From Armatimonadota bacterium (lineage in GTDB: Bacteria > Armatimonadota > Armatimonadia > Armatimonadales > Armatimonadaceae), in contig JAYUUO010000216.1 in the NCBI GenBank assembly GCA_043754515.1, positions 1 to 29,510 on the forward strand: DNA of 29,510 nt, read 5' to 3'. This document shows, in pieces, positions 1-9,072 of this stretch. The position numbers and the translations under genes are program-made. The stretch's first letter is position 1, and each line of letters opens with the position of its first letter. The notes beneath the pieces are model-generated. The model had not been told where the DNA came from, ran no database searches, and saw nothing but the letters and a program-made list of their open reading frames with translations.

Positions 1-216
1 GGCGGCGGCGATACAGCGCACGAGGAGCGTTTTCGCCGTGCCGGGCACGCCCTCGAACAGACCGTGCCCCCCCGTCAATAGGCACACCAGCGCGGCGGTC
101 ACGATCTCGTCCTGCCCCTGAATCGCCTTATGCACCTCGCGGTTCAGTTTCGTCGCCAGTTCGGAGACGAACGCCGCCGGATCCCCCACGTCAATCTTTT
201 CGCTCGTCGCGTCCAA
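1..216 (-). CDS. MoxR-family AAA+ ATPase, 5' part only (runs off the window)
   Basis: Manual translation from TTG at 216, with AAGGA upstream, gives ...LNREVHKAIQGQDEIVTAALVCLLTGGHGLFEGVPGTAKTLLVRCIAAA. This is a MoxR-type N-terminus with Walker A (EGVPGTAKT). It overlaps the stop of the DUF4350 gene. Not in the supplied ORF track. Confidence 0.9.
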   Translation of the reverse strand, partial: MDATSEKIDVGDPAAFVSELATKLNREVHKAIQGQDEIVTAALVCLLTGGHGLFEGVPGTAKTLLVRCIAAA

Positions 217-1429
217 GTTCCAGTTCCTTTCGCATGCCCTCGATGGCGCGGGCGAGCGACAGCAGCTCGGCATCCGCGAGTTTCTTATTGCCCGCCTCGA
301 TCCGCGTCTCGCACTCCTGGAGGAGCCGGGTCAACTTCTGCTCGCTCCGCGCCCGCTTCGCGGTGGCGTCCGCGCCGTACGCGCCGGTGCCGAGCGACGC
401 GGCGGCGCGGCGCGAGACGTCCTCCGCGGGCGAGTCGAGTGGCATCCCGACCGCGCGGCACAGGTCGCGCCAGAACGAGAGGTAGACCCCCTCCAGCGCG
501 GCGTCGGTGGCGCGGGCGCGGCGGTACAGATCCGCGAGCGAGGTGACATACTCGGACGAGAGCCGGTTTCCCGGTTGCGACGGGCGCGGTAGCCCCCACC
601 GGGTCGCCGCCGTGAAACATATCAGCCCGAGCAAGACGCCCAGTTGCAGGGTAGCGAGTCGCCCCGGCTGGCCGATGGCGTTCCAGAACGAGTGCTCCTC
701 CTGATAGCCTTGGTGGAACTCGTCCCAGATAACGCCGTCCGCGCGCTTCGGGTTCAGGAATGCGGAAACGGTCTGCGTCAGGAACCGCGCGTTGTCGGCA
801 TCCGCGAGCGACTTATTCTCGATCACAGCGGGGGATGATACCAGTAGGACGCGCCCCGCCCCGCGCTTCACGACGACCACGGCGGCCTTGCCGTCGCCCA
901 TCAACACCGTGGCATCCTTGCCAAGCCGCTGGAACCGCTCCGCGCCGGGGACGGTGACCGCGCTTACGCCCGATAGATATGGCACCGGCTGGGTCAGGTG
1001 GACGTCCGCGTTCTTGTTTTTGCCCGGCTCCGGCGACACCCCGACCGCCTGCGTCACCGCGTTATCCTCGCCCGTGAAGACCAGTAGCGTCCCGCCGCGC
1101 TCCACCCAGCCCAGCGCGTCCGCAGCCTGATCCGGGTTCCAGTACGATTTGGCTTCCATGCCGAACACTTCCTGGCCGGCTATCGCGACGCTCGCCGTGT
1201 CAGGCCAAGTGCGCGGCGGCTTCTGCCAGCGGGCCGAGCGGACGCCGGATTGTTCCAGCAACAGGTACGCCGCCTTCCACCCACCGGGGTTCGGCGAGAA
1301 CGTGGAGCGGCGCGGGAACTGCCCGTCGTCCGCCGCCGTGTCGCGCCCCGCGATCTGCAAGGAGACCACAGCGAACACGACGAGCAAAGCGATCAGGAAT
1401 AGGAAGTCGGTACCGATCCGGCGTTTCAT
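191..1429 (-). CDS. DUF4350 domain membrane protein
   Basis: 412-aa ORF with an N-terminal TM helix, STFSPNPGGWKAAY, WVERGGTLLV, DNARF, WDEFHQG, a second TM helix and EYVTSLADLYRRA. These are typical of DUF4350 proteins found before MoxR. Confidence 0.8.
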   Translation of the reverse strand: MKRRIGTDFLFLIALLVVFAVVSLQIAGRDTAADDGQFPRRSTFSPNPGGWKAAYLLLEQSGVRSARWQKPPRTWPDTASVAIAGQEVFGMEAKSYWNPDQAADALGWVERGGTLLVFTGEDNAVTQAVGVSPEPGKNKNADVHLTQPVPYLSGVSAVTVPGAERFQRLGKDATVLMGDGKAAVVVVKRGAGRVLLVSSPAVIENKSLADADNARFLTQTVSAFLNPKRADGVIWDEFHQGYQEEHSFWNAIGQPGRLATLQLGVLLGLICFTAATRWGLPRPSQPGNRLSSEYVTSLADLYRRARATDAALEGVYLSFWRDLCRAVGMPLDSPAEDVSRRAAASLGTGAYGADATAKRARSEQKLTRLLQECETRIEAGNKKLADAELLSLARAIEGMRKELELGRDERKD

Positions 1430-2643
1430 ATGGTTCCCCCTGGTGTCGTCGCGTTCGCATCTCCAGCGGTGGTGCTCGCGCCCCCGGCTTGCGGCGGTCG
1501 GGGGGAATCGGTCGGGAGTTTGTCGTAAACAGCCGAGATCGCCGCGAACTCAGTCTCCGTGCCCGGCTCCCTCCCGTACCAGACCCGGTCAAAGAGACGC
1601 GTCGCCGGGAGCAGGTCGTCGTGCAGAGACTGCGACTGCTGGCGCAGAGCACGCTGGTACTCCCAGTTCGTGCGGTTCTTCTCCAGCGTCAGGATGCCCG
1701 ACTCGCCCAGTTTCCAGAGCGCGGCGATGTAGGTCAGCCGGATCGCGGAGCGGTAGTCACCCGCCGCCGCGCGCTGGCTGGCGGTTCCGAGCGGGTCGGT
1801 GATACCCTCCCTCGACAGGTCAAGGTCGCCGCCGAGCGCGCCCGCGCGGCGTTTGCGACCCGCGCATGTCTCATACAGATCGAAAAGGTAGCGGGATAGG
1901 AAGTAGACGGCGACCACCGCCCCTACAGTCGCGATGAAGTAGAGCGTGAGTAGCACGCCGTTGCCGAGCGACGCCATCGGGTTCTTCACGTTCCAGCGCG
2001 TCTTGTTCTGGGGGAACTTACTAAAAATCCAGCGGAAGAACTTCCCGACCGCGCGGAAGCCGTTCGCGATACCTTTGCCGATCCACCGGAAGAAGTTCAT
2101 GGCGACCCGCCCGACCCAGTGCAAGGCAGGGGCGAGCGCGTTCCCAATCGGTTTCAGCCACTTCGGGACCGCATCAATGTCCCACCCCTTGCCCTTCGCC
2201 TTTTCCGGCTGGCTCGCCGCGAACTCACGCGCTGAAAGGATACGCCCGGCGAGGAGTCGTGGGTCCGTCTTCGCGGGTGGCGCGTCCGCGTTTAGTTGCT
2301 CATCCAGCGCGGCGAACCGGTCCCGCGATTTTTTGTCGGGCGTCGTGCTGGTAACCGAGTCCAGCGCGTCCGCCTCGGGCGCGGTGTCCACCGGCAGGAC
2401 CCGCCCGGACGGGAGCGTGACGGAGCCGACGCCGCGCAGTCGCGCCGCCAGCTTCTTCGCGGCGGCGGGCGAGACTTCCCGCCCGCCGAGAAGCGCACGG
2501 CAGTCACGCGCGATCTTCCGGTACTCGTCCAGAGACACCGTGACACCCTTCGCGGGCGCGGGCGCGGCGGCGAGCAGAACGGTGCCCGTGAGCAAAGCCG
2601 CCGTTAACGGGTAGCGGGCGCGTATCAGGGTAGAGCGGGTCAC
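1426..2643 (-). CDS. DUF4129 domain membrane protein
   Basis: The C-terminal AAAGDYRSAIRLTY...RTNWEY...TRLFDRVWYG matches DUF4129. Start placed at GTG 2643, just after the upstream stop, which gives a signal-like N-terminus. The ORF track start at 2739 overlaps the upstream gene. Confidence 0.8.
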   Translation of the reverse strand: MTRSTLIRARYPLTAALLTGTVLLAAAPAPAKGVTVSLDEYRKIARDCRALLGGREVSPAAAKKLAARLRGVGSVTLPSGRVLPVDTAPEADALDSVTSTTPDKKSRDRFAALDEQLNADAPPAKTDPRLLAGRILSAREFAASQPEKAKGKGWDIDAVPKWLKPIGNALAPALHWVGRVAMNFFRWIGKGIANGFRAVGKFFRWIFSKFPQNKTRWNVKNPMASLGNGVLLTLYFIATVGAVVAVYFLSRYLFDLYETCAGRKRRAGALGGDLDLSREGITDPLGTASQRAAAGDYRSAIRLTYIAALWKLGESGILTLEKNRTNWEYQRALRQQSQSLHDDLLPATRLFDRVWYGREPGTETEFAAISAVYDKLPTDSPRPPQAGGASTTAGDANATTPGGTI

Positions 2644-2645
2644 GG

Positions 2646-3554
2646 TCAGCGTGCTCCGCCCCGAGGGGGTTTCGCCTGTTTCGGGTTCTTGGGGCTGAGG
2701 ACGCCGCCAAATGGGTCGGGCGCGAGCGGGATGCCCCACGTAGCCGCCTCCGATTCGATGTCGAGTCCCTCGCGGCGCACACGCAGATCGTAGTAAAGGA
2801 GCGTGGTAGCGATGGCGGGGAGCGGCGCGACCAGCACTGTGATCAGTGAACTTGCGACCGCCATCACCGTGTTCTGAACGGTCTGCGACTCGAAGGGTGC
2901 CGTCGTGCCCGACTCTTTGGGCAGGATGGCGAACCCGGCGGTGACCAGACCGACCATGCCGAGCACCAGCGCGCCGAGGATGAACCCCATCAGGCAGAAC
3001 AGACCGAACGACTTCCCAAAATAGTTCTTCGCCATATCCACGGATCGTTTAAGAGAGTCGCCTAGCTTACGGTCTTCGAGCAGAATGCCGTGTACCGTGA
3101 AGCAGTAATATATCGCGACGACCGCCGGGCCGATCCAGGTACACGCCCAGATCAGCCCGAACAGCGAGATGCCGAGCGCGGCGAGCAGGAGTGGCAGAAA
3201 GCGGCGGAAGGTACTGCGGTAGACGGACGCTACCGTGGAAGGCACACCGGTCAGAATGTCGCGCACCGCGACTGCGGTCGCGCCGAACTGGAGCATGTAC
3301 GCGAGTACCATGGTCGGGATCAGCCAGGCCATGTTGATTGCCCAGTCGCGCAGGCCGCCTGGCCCATCCGCGACGCCAGTGTAGGTTTTCAGGCCACCGA
3401 CGCCGAGCGTGATGAACAGCAGGAACGCGGGCGCGAACACGGCCGCCGACACGCCCGCGAGCAACGCGAACCGCTCGCGGTACAGGTCGAACGCATCGTC
3501 AATGATCTCCCAAATAGTGCGCGGCTTGAGGTCGGCGAGGCGGGTGATTTCCAT
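2646..3554 (-). CDS. Multi-pass membrane protein of the MoxR/DUF4129/DUF4350 cluster
   Basis: 302 aa with several hydrophobic segments, LKPRTIWEIIDDAFDLYR at the N-terminus and TLLYYDLRVRREGLDIE at the C-terminus, as in membrane proteins of these clusters. Confidence 0.75.
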   Translation of the reverse strand: MEITRLADLKPRTIWEIIDDAFDLYRERFALLAGVSAAVFAPAFLLFITLGVGGLKTYTGVADGPGGLRDWAINMAWLIPTMVLAYMLQFGATAVAVRDILTGVPSTVASVYRSTFRRFLPLLLAALGISLFGLIWACTWIGPAVVAIYYCFTVHGILLEDRKLGDSLKRSVDMAKNYFGKSFGLFCLMGFILGALVLGMVGLVTAGFAILPKESGTTAPFESQTVQNTVMAVASSLITVLVAPLPAIATTLLYYDLRVRREGLDIESEAATWGIPLAPDPFGGVLSPKNPKQAKPPRGGAR

Positions 3555-3682
3555 TGCGGGTGGGATCGGGGTCGGGGATCGGGTTCAGGACGTTGGCACG
3601 GGCGAGACCAGTGAGCCACGCGCGGCGGTCGGAACGGACCGGGGGGCGAGCGCCTGCCGCCCGGTTAGTTCGCGCTACATAA

Positions 3683-4222
3683 CTACTCGGCTACCTTAAC
3701 CAGCGCGGGGCGGAGTACGCGGGAGCCGATCAGATAGCCGCGTTGCAACTCGGCGACCACCGTGCCTTCGGCGTGCCCGTCGCCCGGCTCGCTCCCCATC
3801 GCCTGGTGGACGTTCGGGTCGAACGGCTGGTGGAGCGAGTCCATCGGCTTGACCCCGGACTTTTCCAGCACCCCGGTCATCTGCCGGTGTACCGCCTCAA
3901 CGCCGCCGATCAGTTTCTCGTAGTCTTTCGTCTGCGCCGCGGCCGCGAGCGCACGCTCCATGTTATCGGCGACAGGCAGGAAGTCGCGCAAAAACTTCTC
4001 CATCAGGATCTCGCGCTGGGCGAGCTTCTCCTCGTCAGTGCGCCGCTTGAAGTTGGCGAAGTCGGCGCGCGCGCGCAGTAGCGCGTCGCCGAGTTCCGCC
4101 ACCTGCGAGTGGAGGGCGGCGACATCGTTTTGCACGTCGGCGGCCACGTGGTTTTCGCCCACGGGTTCGGGATCGAAGGCGGCGTCGTTCTCGTGCATCG
4201 CCTCCTGAGTTGCATCCGTCAT
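3683..4222 (-). CDS. grpE: Nucleotide exchange factor GrpE
   Basis: LLRARADFANFKRR, FLPVADNMERAL, FDPNVHQAM and ELQRGYLIGSRVLRPALVKV. Start at ATG 4222, downstream of AAAGGAG. Confidence 0.97.
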   Translation of the reverse strand: MTDATQEAMHENDAAFDPEPVGENHVAADVQNDVAALHSQVAELGDALLRARADFANFKRRTDEEKLAQREILMEKFLRDFLPVADNMERALAAAAQTKDYEKLIGGVEAVHRQMTGVLEKSGVKPMDSLHQPFDPNVHQAMGSEPGDGHAEGTVVAELQRGYLIGSRVLRPALVKVAE

Positions 4223-4263
4223 ACGGGAAGATCGGCTCCTTTTATTAAAAAAGTCAAACACGG

Positions 4264-4296
4264 TTATTACTATCTTGCCGGGCACGGTTTTGTCAA
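4264..4296 (-). promoter_or_regulatory. Putative sigma70 promoter of grpE
   Basis: Perfect TTGACA (4296-4291), followed 16-19 nt later by an AT-rich GATAGTAATAA block. The -10 hexamer is imperfect. Confidence 0.45.
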
Positions 4297-4459
4297 CGAA
4301 GGCGGCATACCCGGCGAATGGCCGGGTGCCGTCCTGGTCGGAGTACCCGGCGCGGCATTCCTCCGGTATTATATAGCCGAAACCGCGGCGCGGCGAACCG
4401 CTTTTCAGGGAGTGTAGGGCGTCGGCGGCGGGATGGCCCGCCGCGAACAGCCGACGCGG

Positions 4460-5533
4460 CTACGAGGCGACTGAGAGGCGGGTCAATACGTCGCTCATCG
4501 TGCGCGCCATCAGGGCGACCGCCGCCGACGCCCGCGCGTAGTCCATCCGCGTCGGCCCGACGACCCCGATGGTGCCCCGCTCGGTGCCCGCGATCCGGTA
4601 CGGCGCGGTCACCACCGCGTACTCGGTATGAACAGCGGTGCCGATCTCGCCCCCGATGGCGTAGCGCACCGGGTTGGGCGGGATCGCCCGCTCGACCCGC
4701 GCCAGCGACCTTTCCAGCATCTCCAGGAGCGCGGCCCGCTCCTGCAAGAGAGACAGGAACGCACCGAGCTTCTCGACATCGCGGAACTCCGGGTGCCGCA
4801 GAACGTTCTCCGCGCCCTCGACGAAAAGGGGGGAGTTGTCGCTCAGGGCGCGCGCGGCGGTGCCGACCTCGGTCAAAAGCCGCCGGAACGGGAGCGTGAG
4901 CCGCGCCAGTTCTCCGGGCACGAATTCATTCTCGGGGGCGGTGGCAAGTGGGCGGAGGGCGGAGACCATGCGCCCCGCGAGCGACTGGTTCATCGTGGAC
5001 GCGAGCAACAGGGCGTCGCCCGCGCTGATCGTCAGGTCTAGCACCAGCCGCGTCTCGGTGTGTCCGGTGGAGAACAGGAGCACGAGGAGAGCCTTGCTCT
5101 CGGACGCGGGGGAGACGAAGACCTGCTTGAGCTGCGTGTCGCCCGCGTCCGGCGCGGTCGCGACGGCGGGGAGGCGCGTCATGGCGGTGAGCAGGCCGCA
5201 GGTTTTGCGGATGATCGTGTCGAGTTCGGACGAGACGGAGGCGACCGCGAGACGGATGCGCGCGGACTCGTCGGGCGCGATCGGGGCGGGTTCCATCAGG
5301 CGCGAAACGTAGAAGCGGTAGCCGAGGTCGGAGGGGACGCGCCCGGCGGAGGTGTGCGGCTGGCGCAGGTAGCCAAGTTCGCTCATCTCCGCCATTTCGG
5401 AGCGGACGGTGGCGGACTTCACGCCGAGGCTGTAGCGTTCGACGAGGACGTGCGAGCCGACCGGTTCGGCGGTCGCCACGTAGTCGTTGACGATCACTTT
5501 AAGTAGGTGTTGTTTGCGGGCGTCGAGTTCCAT
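4460..5533 (-). CDS. hrcA: Heat-inducible transcription repressor HrcA
   Basis: MELDARKQHLLKVIVNDYVATAEPVGS, SATVRSEM, QPHTSAGRVPSDLGYRFYV and GTIGVVGPTRMDY. True start ATG 5533. The 100-codon extension in the ORF track crosses the promoter and a MITE. Confidence 0.97.
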   Translation of the reverse strand: MELDARKQHLLKVIVNDYVATAEPVGSHVLVERYSLGVKSATVRSEMAEMSELGYLRQPHTSAGRVPSDLGYRFYVSRLMEPAPIAPDESARIRLAVASVSSELDTIIRKTCGLLTAMTRLPAVATAPDAGDTQLKQVFVSPASESKALLVLLFSTGHTETRLVLDLTISAGDALLLASTMNQSLAGRMVSALRPLATAPENEFVPGELARLTLPFRRLLTEVGTAARALSDNSPLFVEGAENVLRHPEFRDVEKLGAFLSLLQERAALLEMLERSLARVERAIPPNPVRYAIGGEIGTAVHTEYAVVTAPYRIAGTERGTIGVVGPTRMDYARASAAVALMARTMSDVLTRLSVAS

Positions 5534-5641
5534 GCCGGTGTATCTAAGACGGTAGCCGGAACAGGATCGGTTCCGGGCGCGACGGGAAACGGCACGGCGG
5601 GAGGATTCTTCGCGATTGAAAAGCCGGGGGCACCGTGTTTC

Positions 5642-5670
5642 ATTATACGGCGCGTTGCCCCGCCTGTCAA
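5642..5670 (-). promoter_or_regulatory. Consensus sigma70 promoter of hrcA
   Basis: The minus strand reads TTGACA-ggcggggcaacgcgccg (17 nt)-TATAAT, a perfect consensus. Confidence 0.9.
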
Positions 5671-5712
5671 ACAGTGGCAAACAAGGGACAACTCCGGGCC
5701 CGCACCTGTTCT

Positions 5713-5814
5713 TTGGGTGAGCGCAACTAAACTCATGACCGTAGCGGGCCAACCGACCCGCTGACCCACCCGCCGAACCTTTACAGGCACCTTCGTTTAG
5801 ATGCGCTTGACCTG
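5713..5814. mobile_element. MITE copy A (ISAs1-like ends, internally deleted, left end decayed)
   Basis: Left end ttgggtgagcgcaactaaa matches the left end of copy B at 14/19. Right end is tttagatgcgcttgacctg. 5770-5803 matches 9481-9514 at 32/34 and 5739-5764 matches 9430-9455 at 23/26. Confidence 0.75.
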
Positions 5815-5845
5815 CCGGACACATACGCGTCAAGCCGAACTGGTA

Positions 5846-6370
5846 TTACTTGCGACGCCTCCGCAGATACGTGGTCGTCGGTAGCAATAGCCCGACAAGG
5901 AGCAATCCGGTGGACGGTTCCGGAACCGTAACAGTGACCAGTCCCGCGTGAAAGTTTACCGTTTTCTCGGCGTGGTAGGAATCGGTACCTTGCCCGTCCA
6001 CAGCGTAGTTCAGCGAATAGTCGCCCACGGGAGCGTCCACCGTGAACGCGGCCAACATGCTGCCGGTGTAGGCTTCCGACGCCGCGAGCGTGAACGGGAG
6101 GTTATTTTCAAAGTCACTCGCGTCCAGCGTAAAGGATGCGGGGCTAGGGCCGTTCAGCGAATTTGAAGTGCCCAGAACCGAGACGGTATCGGTCCCCGTG
6201 TTCGTCAGCGTCGCGGTGATCGTTCCGGTGTCGCCCGGCATCACATTCATTTGCGCCGGTGTCAGTGTCAGGATCAGTGCCGCGCTCGCCCCCGTGATGG
6301 GAGCGAGCGCGAACGCGACGCCGGTCAGACAGAGGGCGGTTCGCAGATGGGAATGCTTTCTAGTTGTCAT
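5846..6370 (-). CDS. PEP-CTERM sorting-domain protein (small, Thr-rich, probably Ig-like)
   Basis: Signal peptide, and C-terminal VPEPST + hydrophobic segment + RRRRK. AAAGGA RBS. Confidence 0.9.
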   Translation of the reverse strand: MTTRKHSHLRTALCLTGVAFALAPITGASAALILTLTPAQMNVMPGDTGTITATLTNTGTDTVSVLGTSNSLNGPSPASFTLDASDFENNLPFTLAASEAYTGSMLAAFTVDAPVGDYSLNYAVDGQGTDSYHAEKTVNFHAGLVTVTVPEPSTGLLLVGLLLPTTTYLRRRRK

Positions 6371-6401
6371 CTGGTGATTTCCTTTTTACAGTGGGGCCAC
6401 T

Positions 6402-9005
6402 TTACGGCAATGCCACGCGCTGGTTAATATTGAACGTTCCGCCGATGTAGGTGCCGGACAGGTGCAGGGTGGCGGAACCTTTCGCGCCGTTCAGCGCGGA
6501 TTGCGGGAACGTCACGCGGATCGTGCCGGTGTCCCTTCCCGCGAGCGTCGGGCGGACGATCGGTAGCGCGGATGTCGTTGCCGAGTTCGTCGGCCCGAGC
6601 GTCGCGGCGGCTACATTGAGTTGATCCGCGGGGTCGGTGCCAGCGTTCCGGAGCGATACGGTGACAGTGACGGTGGTGCCGTTACGCGTCGCGACCGCAA
6701 GCCCGCCCGCGCCGATCCGCACGTCCTGCGCGTAGTACGGAGCCTGTGCCACGTTCACGAGGCACGAGTCGGTGACATACGCGAAATACTGGCCGTTCGG
6801 GGAGACGGCAAGTTGACTGATGCCGTTTTTCGGCGCGACGATCCCCTCCGGACGGTAGTTCCGCAGTCGCGTCCCGGTCGGCGTGTCCCAGAGCAGGATC
6901 GCGTTGTCCGGCGTGAGGGTGAACAGCGTCCCGTTCGGCAGGAATCCGTAACTCGCGGTTGTGTCCACACCGTAGTATCCCGATACAACAGAGGTGGTGA
7001 TGCTTTGCTTCACTGTGCCGTCGGACACTCGAAGCAGATTAATTTGAGTGCTATCGTACTGTGCAATAGTCGCCCCGTCCGGCGAGAAAAGTAACCCTGT
7101 CGGGGCTGGGTAGGCATCTATTACCCAGCGCGATTGACCGGTTTGACTATTTCGCAACTCCGCTTTTGCGGGGGCCTGTCCGTTGGAAGTGGTCAACAAT
7201 GCGCTAACAAACGTGGAACTGTCCGGCGCGAAGGCGACCGGAAAACGGTTTGTCGGATACCGGGCAATGAGCGCGCCGCTGGACACACGAAACAGGGACA
7301 CACCTTGACCGTTCCCGGAAGCGTTATCGTACGCCACTCCGGCGGCAACCAGCGAAAAATCGGGCGAAAGCACGGTAATTCCGAACCCTGTCAAATCCAG
7401 CCGATTGATCAGTGTGCCGTCAAAAGTCCGATAGATTAACACCGACGCCCCACCAGTGTTACCGATCCCGCTACTTGGGTCGGAATGGAAAACGGCCACA
7501 TACTGATTGTCTTTCGAGAACTGCACATGGTTTAGAGGTAACTTTACATCGGACGGCAAACGAATTGAACCGACCTTGCCCGCGTCGCCGGTGTGGTACA
7601 GGTCGAGTACTGAGGAATAGCCATGCAAAACGGCGAGCGTGGAACCGTCCGGGGAAATCGCGGTCGCGTCTATCCGACCGACCAACTCAGGCGGTGTCAC
7701 GACTTCGTTGTGGATGCCTTTGACTTGCAGATAATTGCCATAAGTGGAGCCAGTCGTGTACGTGTAGCCCGTGTACTTCAGCAACAGGTTGTTGTTGTCG
7801 AAGGACGGGGTGAAGCCTTGCAGTGTTGTCATCAGGGACGGGTCGGTCTGTACCTGCATTTCGGAGAGCTTTTGAGTGATGACCGTCGGGTAGTCCATGT
7901 CGTAGACTTGCACGAACCCGTATCCTGTCTTCGCTTCGCCTTGCTGGCTCACATTGCCGCTCAGGAAAAGCCGCTCGTTGGGGGCGACGACGCCGTTCCA
8001 ACGAATCAACCGGGTCACCATGTCGTCGTAGCGGTCAAAGCGGTAGCCGTTGGGGTTGGCTCCCGCGGGAAAGGGGCTGAACGTAAGCGACGAGTCAAAG
8101 TAGTTTCCCTTGCTACTCCCGTTGGAAAGTTTCGTACCGTTGATAAAGAACGGCCCGGCTCCTTTGTAGCCAGTAAATCCCAGAGAATGACCGATGCCCA
8201 TATTCGCAAGCCCAAGGTTAGAAGCATCGTAATATAGAGTGGAGTCCGTGTTGCCATCTCGGTTGTAGGCGTATAGTCGCGCGTCATAATTGGAAGCGGA
8301 AGCCGTGTACAAATAGTCTGTTAAGTTTGCCAGACCATAATCCGTGTAGGGAATGTCCACTGTCGGAAAGACCGGGTTGATGCCGGGAAGGGCTTTGAGA
8401 AACGTAACGACACCAGATTCGCGTTGCGAAGTGTCAAAGAGCAGAGTTGGGAGCAAGCCGCCTGCCCCTTTGTTTCCTATGGCAAGCCGATTCCCATCCG
8501 CCGAAAAAACGACCTGCATATCATAGGAGCGATAGTAGTAGTCCGTGAAAGTGCTTCCCGGCAACTTTCCCAGATCAATGTCGGCAAGCAGCGTCAGGTT
8601 TTCGCGGTACAGGCGTAGGTGCGGCGAATACGTTTCCGGGCCCCAACCATAAACGGTATTCGGGTGTGCCGGGTCACGAATCCAGTCCTCCCCCACCGCC
8701 GCGACAACGATGTGACCGGGATAGCCTGTTGACGACACATCACGGATGGAGCCACCGTAATTGCCGAAAAACGCGGTGATGCCTTGCGTGTAACTCAGAT
8801 CGGATGCACGGTAGGAATCAATGTATCCAACTCCCCGTGTATGCCCATCGGTATCAACGGTAATGGTTCGACCGGTATTGGCGGTGTAAACCTGCCCGTC
8901 GCTGGCCCATGACATAGAACCCAAGCCGTCGAAGATGCTGCGTTTCCATTGAACGTTGGGCGTGTCAGCCTGAGCGTGGGCGGCGAGAACGGAAGCAAGT
9001 CCCAA
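6402..9005 (-). CDS. Large secreted WD40/YVTN-like beta-propeller protein with a C-terminal Ig/CARDB-like domain (start uncertain, possibly frameshifted from ATG 9118)
   Basis: Repeated blade motifs FSADGNRLAI, ISPDGSTLAV, FSKDNQYVAV, LSPDFSLVA, FAPDSSTF, FSPDGATIA and VSPNGQYFAY. AHAQA cleavage site, with the hydrophobic leader extending upstream of TTG 9005. Confidence 0.8.
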   Translation of the reverse strand: MGLASVLAAHAQADTPNVQWKRSIFDGLGSMSWASDGQVYTANTGRTITVDTDGHTRGVGYIDSYRASDLSYTQGITAFFGNYGGSIRDVSSTGYPGHIVVAAVGEDWIRDPAHPNTVYGWGPETYSPHLRLYRENLTLLADIDLGKLPGSTFTDYYYRSYDMQVVFSADGNRLAIGNKGAGGLLPTLLFDTSQRESGVVTFLKALPGINPVFPTVDIPYTDYGLANLTDYLYTASASNYDARLYAYNRDGNTDSTLYYDASNLGLANMGIGHSLGFTGYKGAGPFFINGTKLSNGSSKGNYFDSSLTFSPFPAGANPNGYRFDRYDDMVTRLIRWNGVVAPNERLFLSGNVSQQGEAKTGYGFVQVYDMDYPTVITQKLSEMQVQTDPSLMTTLQGFTPSFDNNNLLLKYTGYTYTTGSTYGNYLQVKGIHNEVVTPPELVGRIDATAISPDGSTLAVLHGYSSVLDLYHTGDAGKVGSIRLPSDVKLPLNHVQFSKDNQYVAVFHSDPSSGIGNTGGASVLIYRTFDGTLINRLDLTGFGITVLSPDFSLVAAGVAYDNASGNGQGVSLFRVSSGALIARYPTNRFPVAFAPDSSTFVSALLTTSNGQAPAKAELRNSQTGQSRWVIDAYPAPTGLLFSPDGATIAQYDSTQINLLRVSDGTVKQSITTSVVSGYYGVDTTASYGFLPNGTLFTLTPDNAILLWDTPTGTRLRNYRPEGIVAPKNGISQLAVSPNGQYFAYVTDSCLVNVAQAPYYAQDVRIGAGGLAVATRNGTTVTVTVSLRNAGTDPADQLNVAAATLGPTNSATTSALPIVRPTLAGRDTGTIRVTFPQSALNGAKGSATLHLSGTYIGGTFNINQRVALP

Positions 9006-9054
9006 AGAAAGTGCGGCGATTGCCTTGACAGCAACCGAAGTGGCTATACGCTCA

Positions 9055-9072
9055 GGAGCGTCGGAGCGTCGG
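9055..9072. repeat. 8-bp tandem duplication (GGAGCGTC x2 + GG)
   Basis: Seen directly: ggagcgtc-ggagcgtc-gg. Confidence 0.9.

Noticed and set aside
4252..4268. AGTCAAA-CAC-GGTTATT upstream of grpE as a CtsR box
   Set aside because: Only one heptad matches RGTCAAA, and no ctsR/mcsAB genes lie next to clpC.
5534..5833. 100-codon N-terminal extension of hrcA in the ORF track
   Set aside because: It runs through the consensus promoter and MITE copy A. Homology begins at Met 5533.
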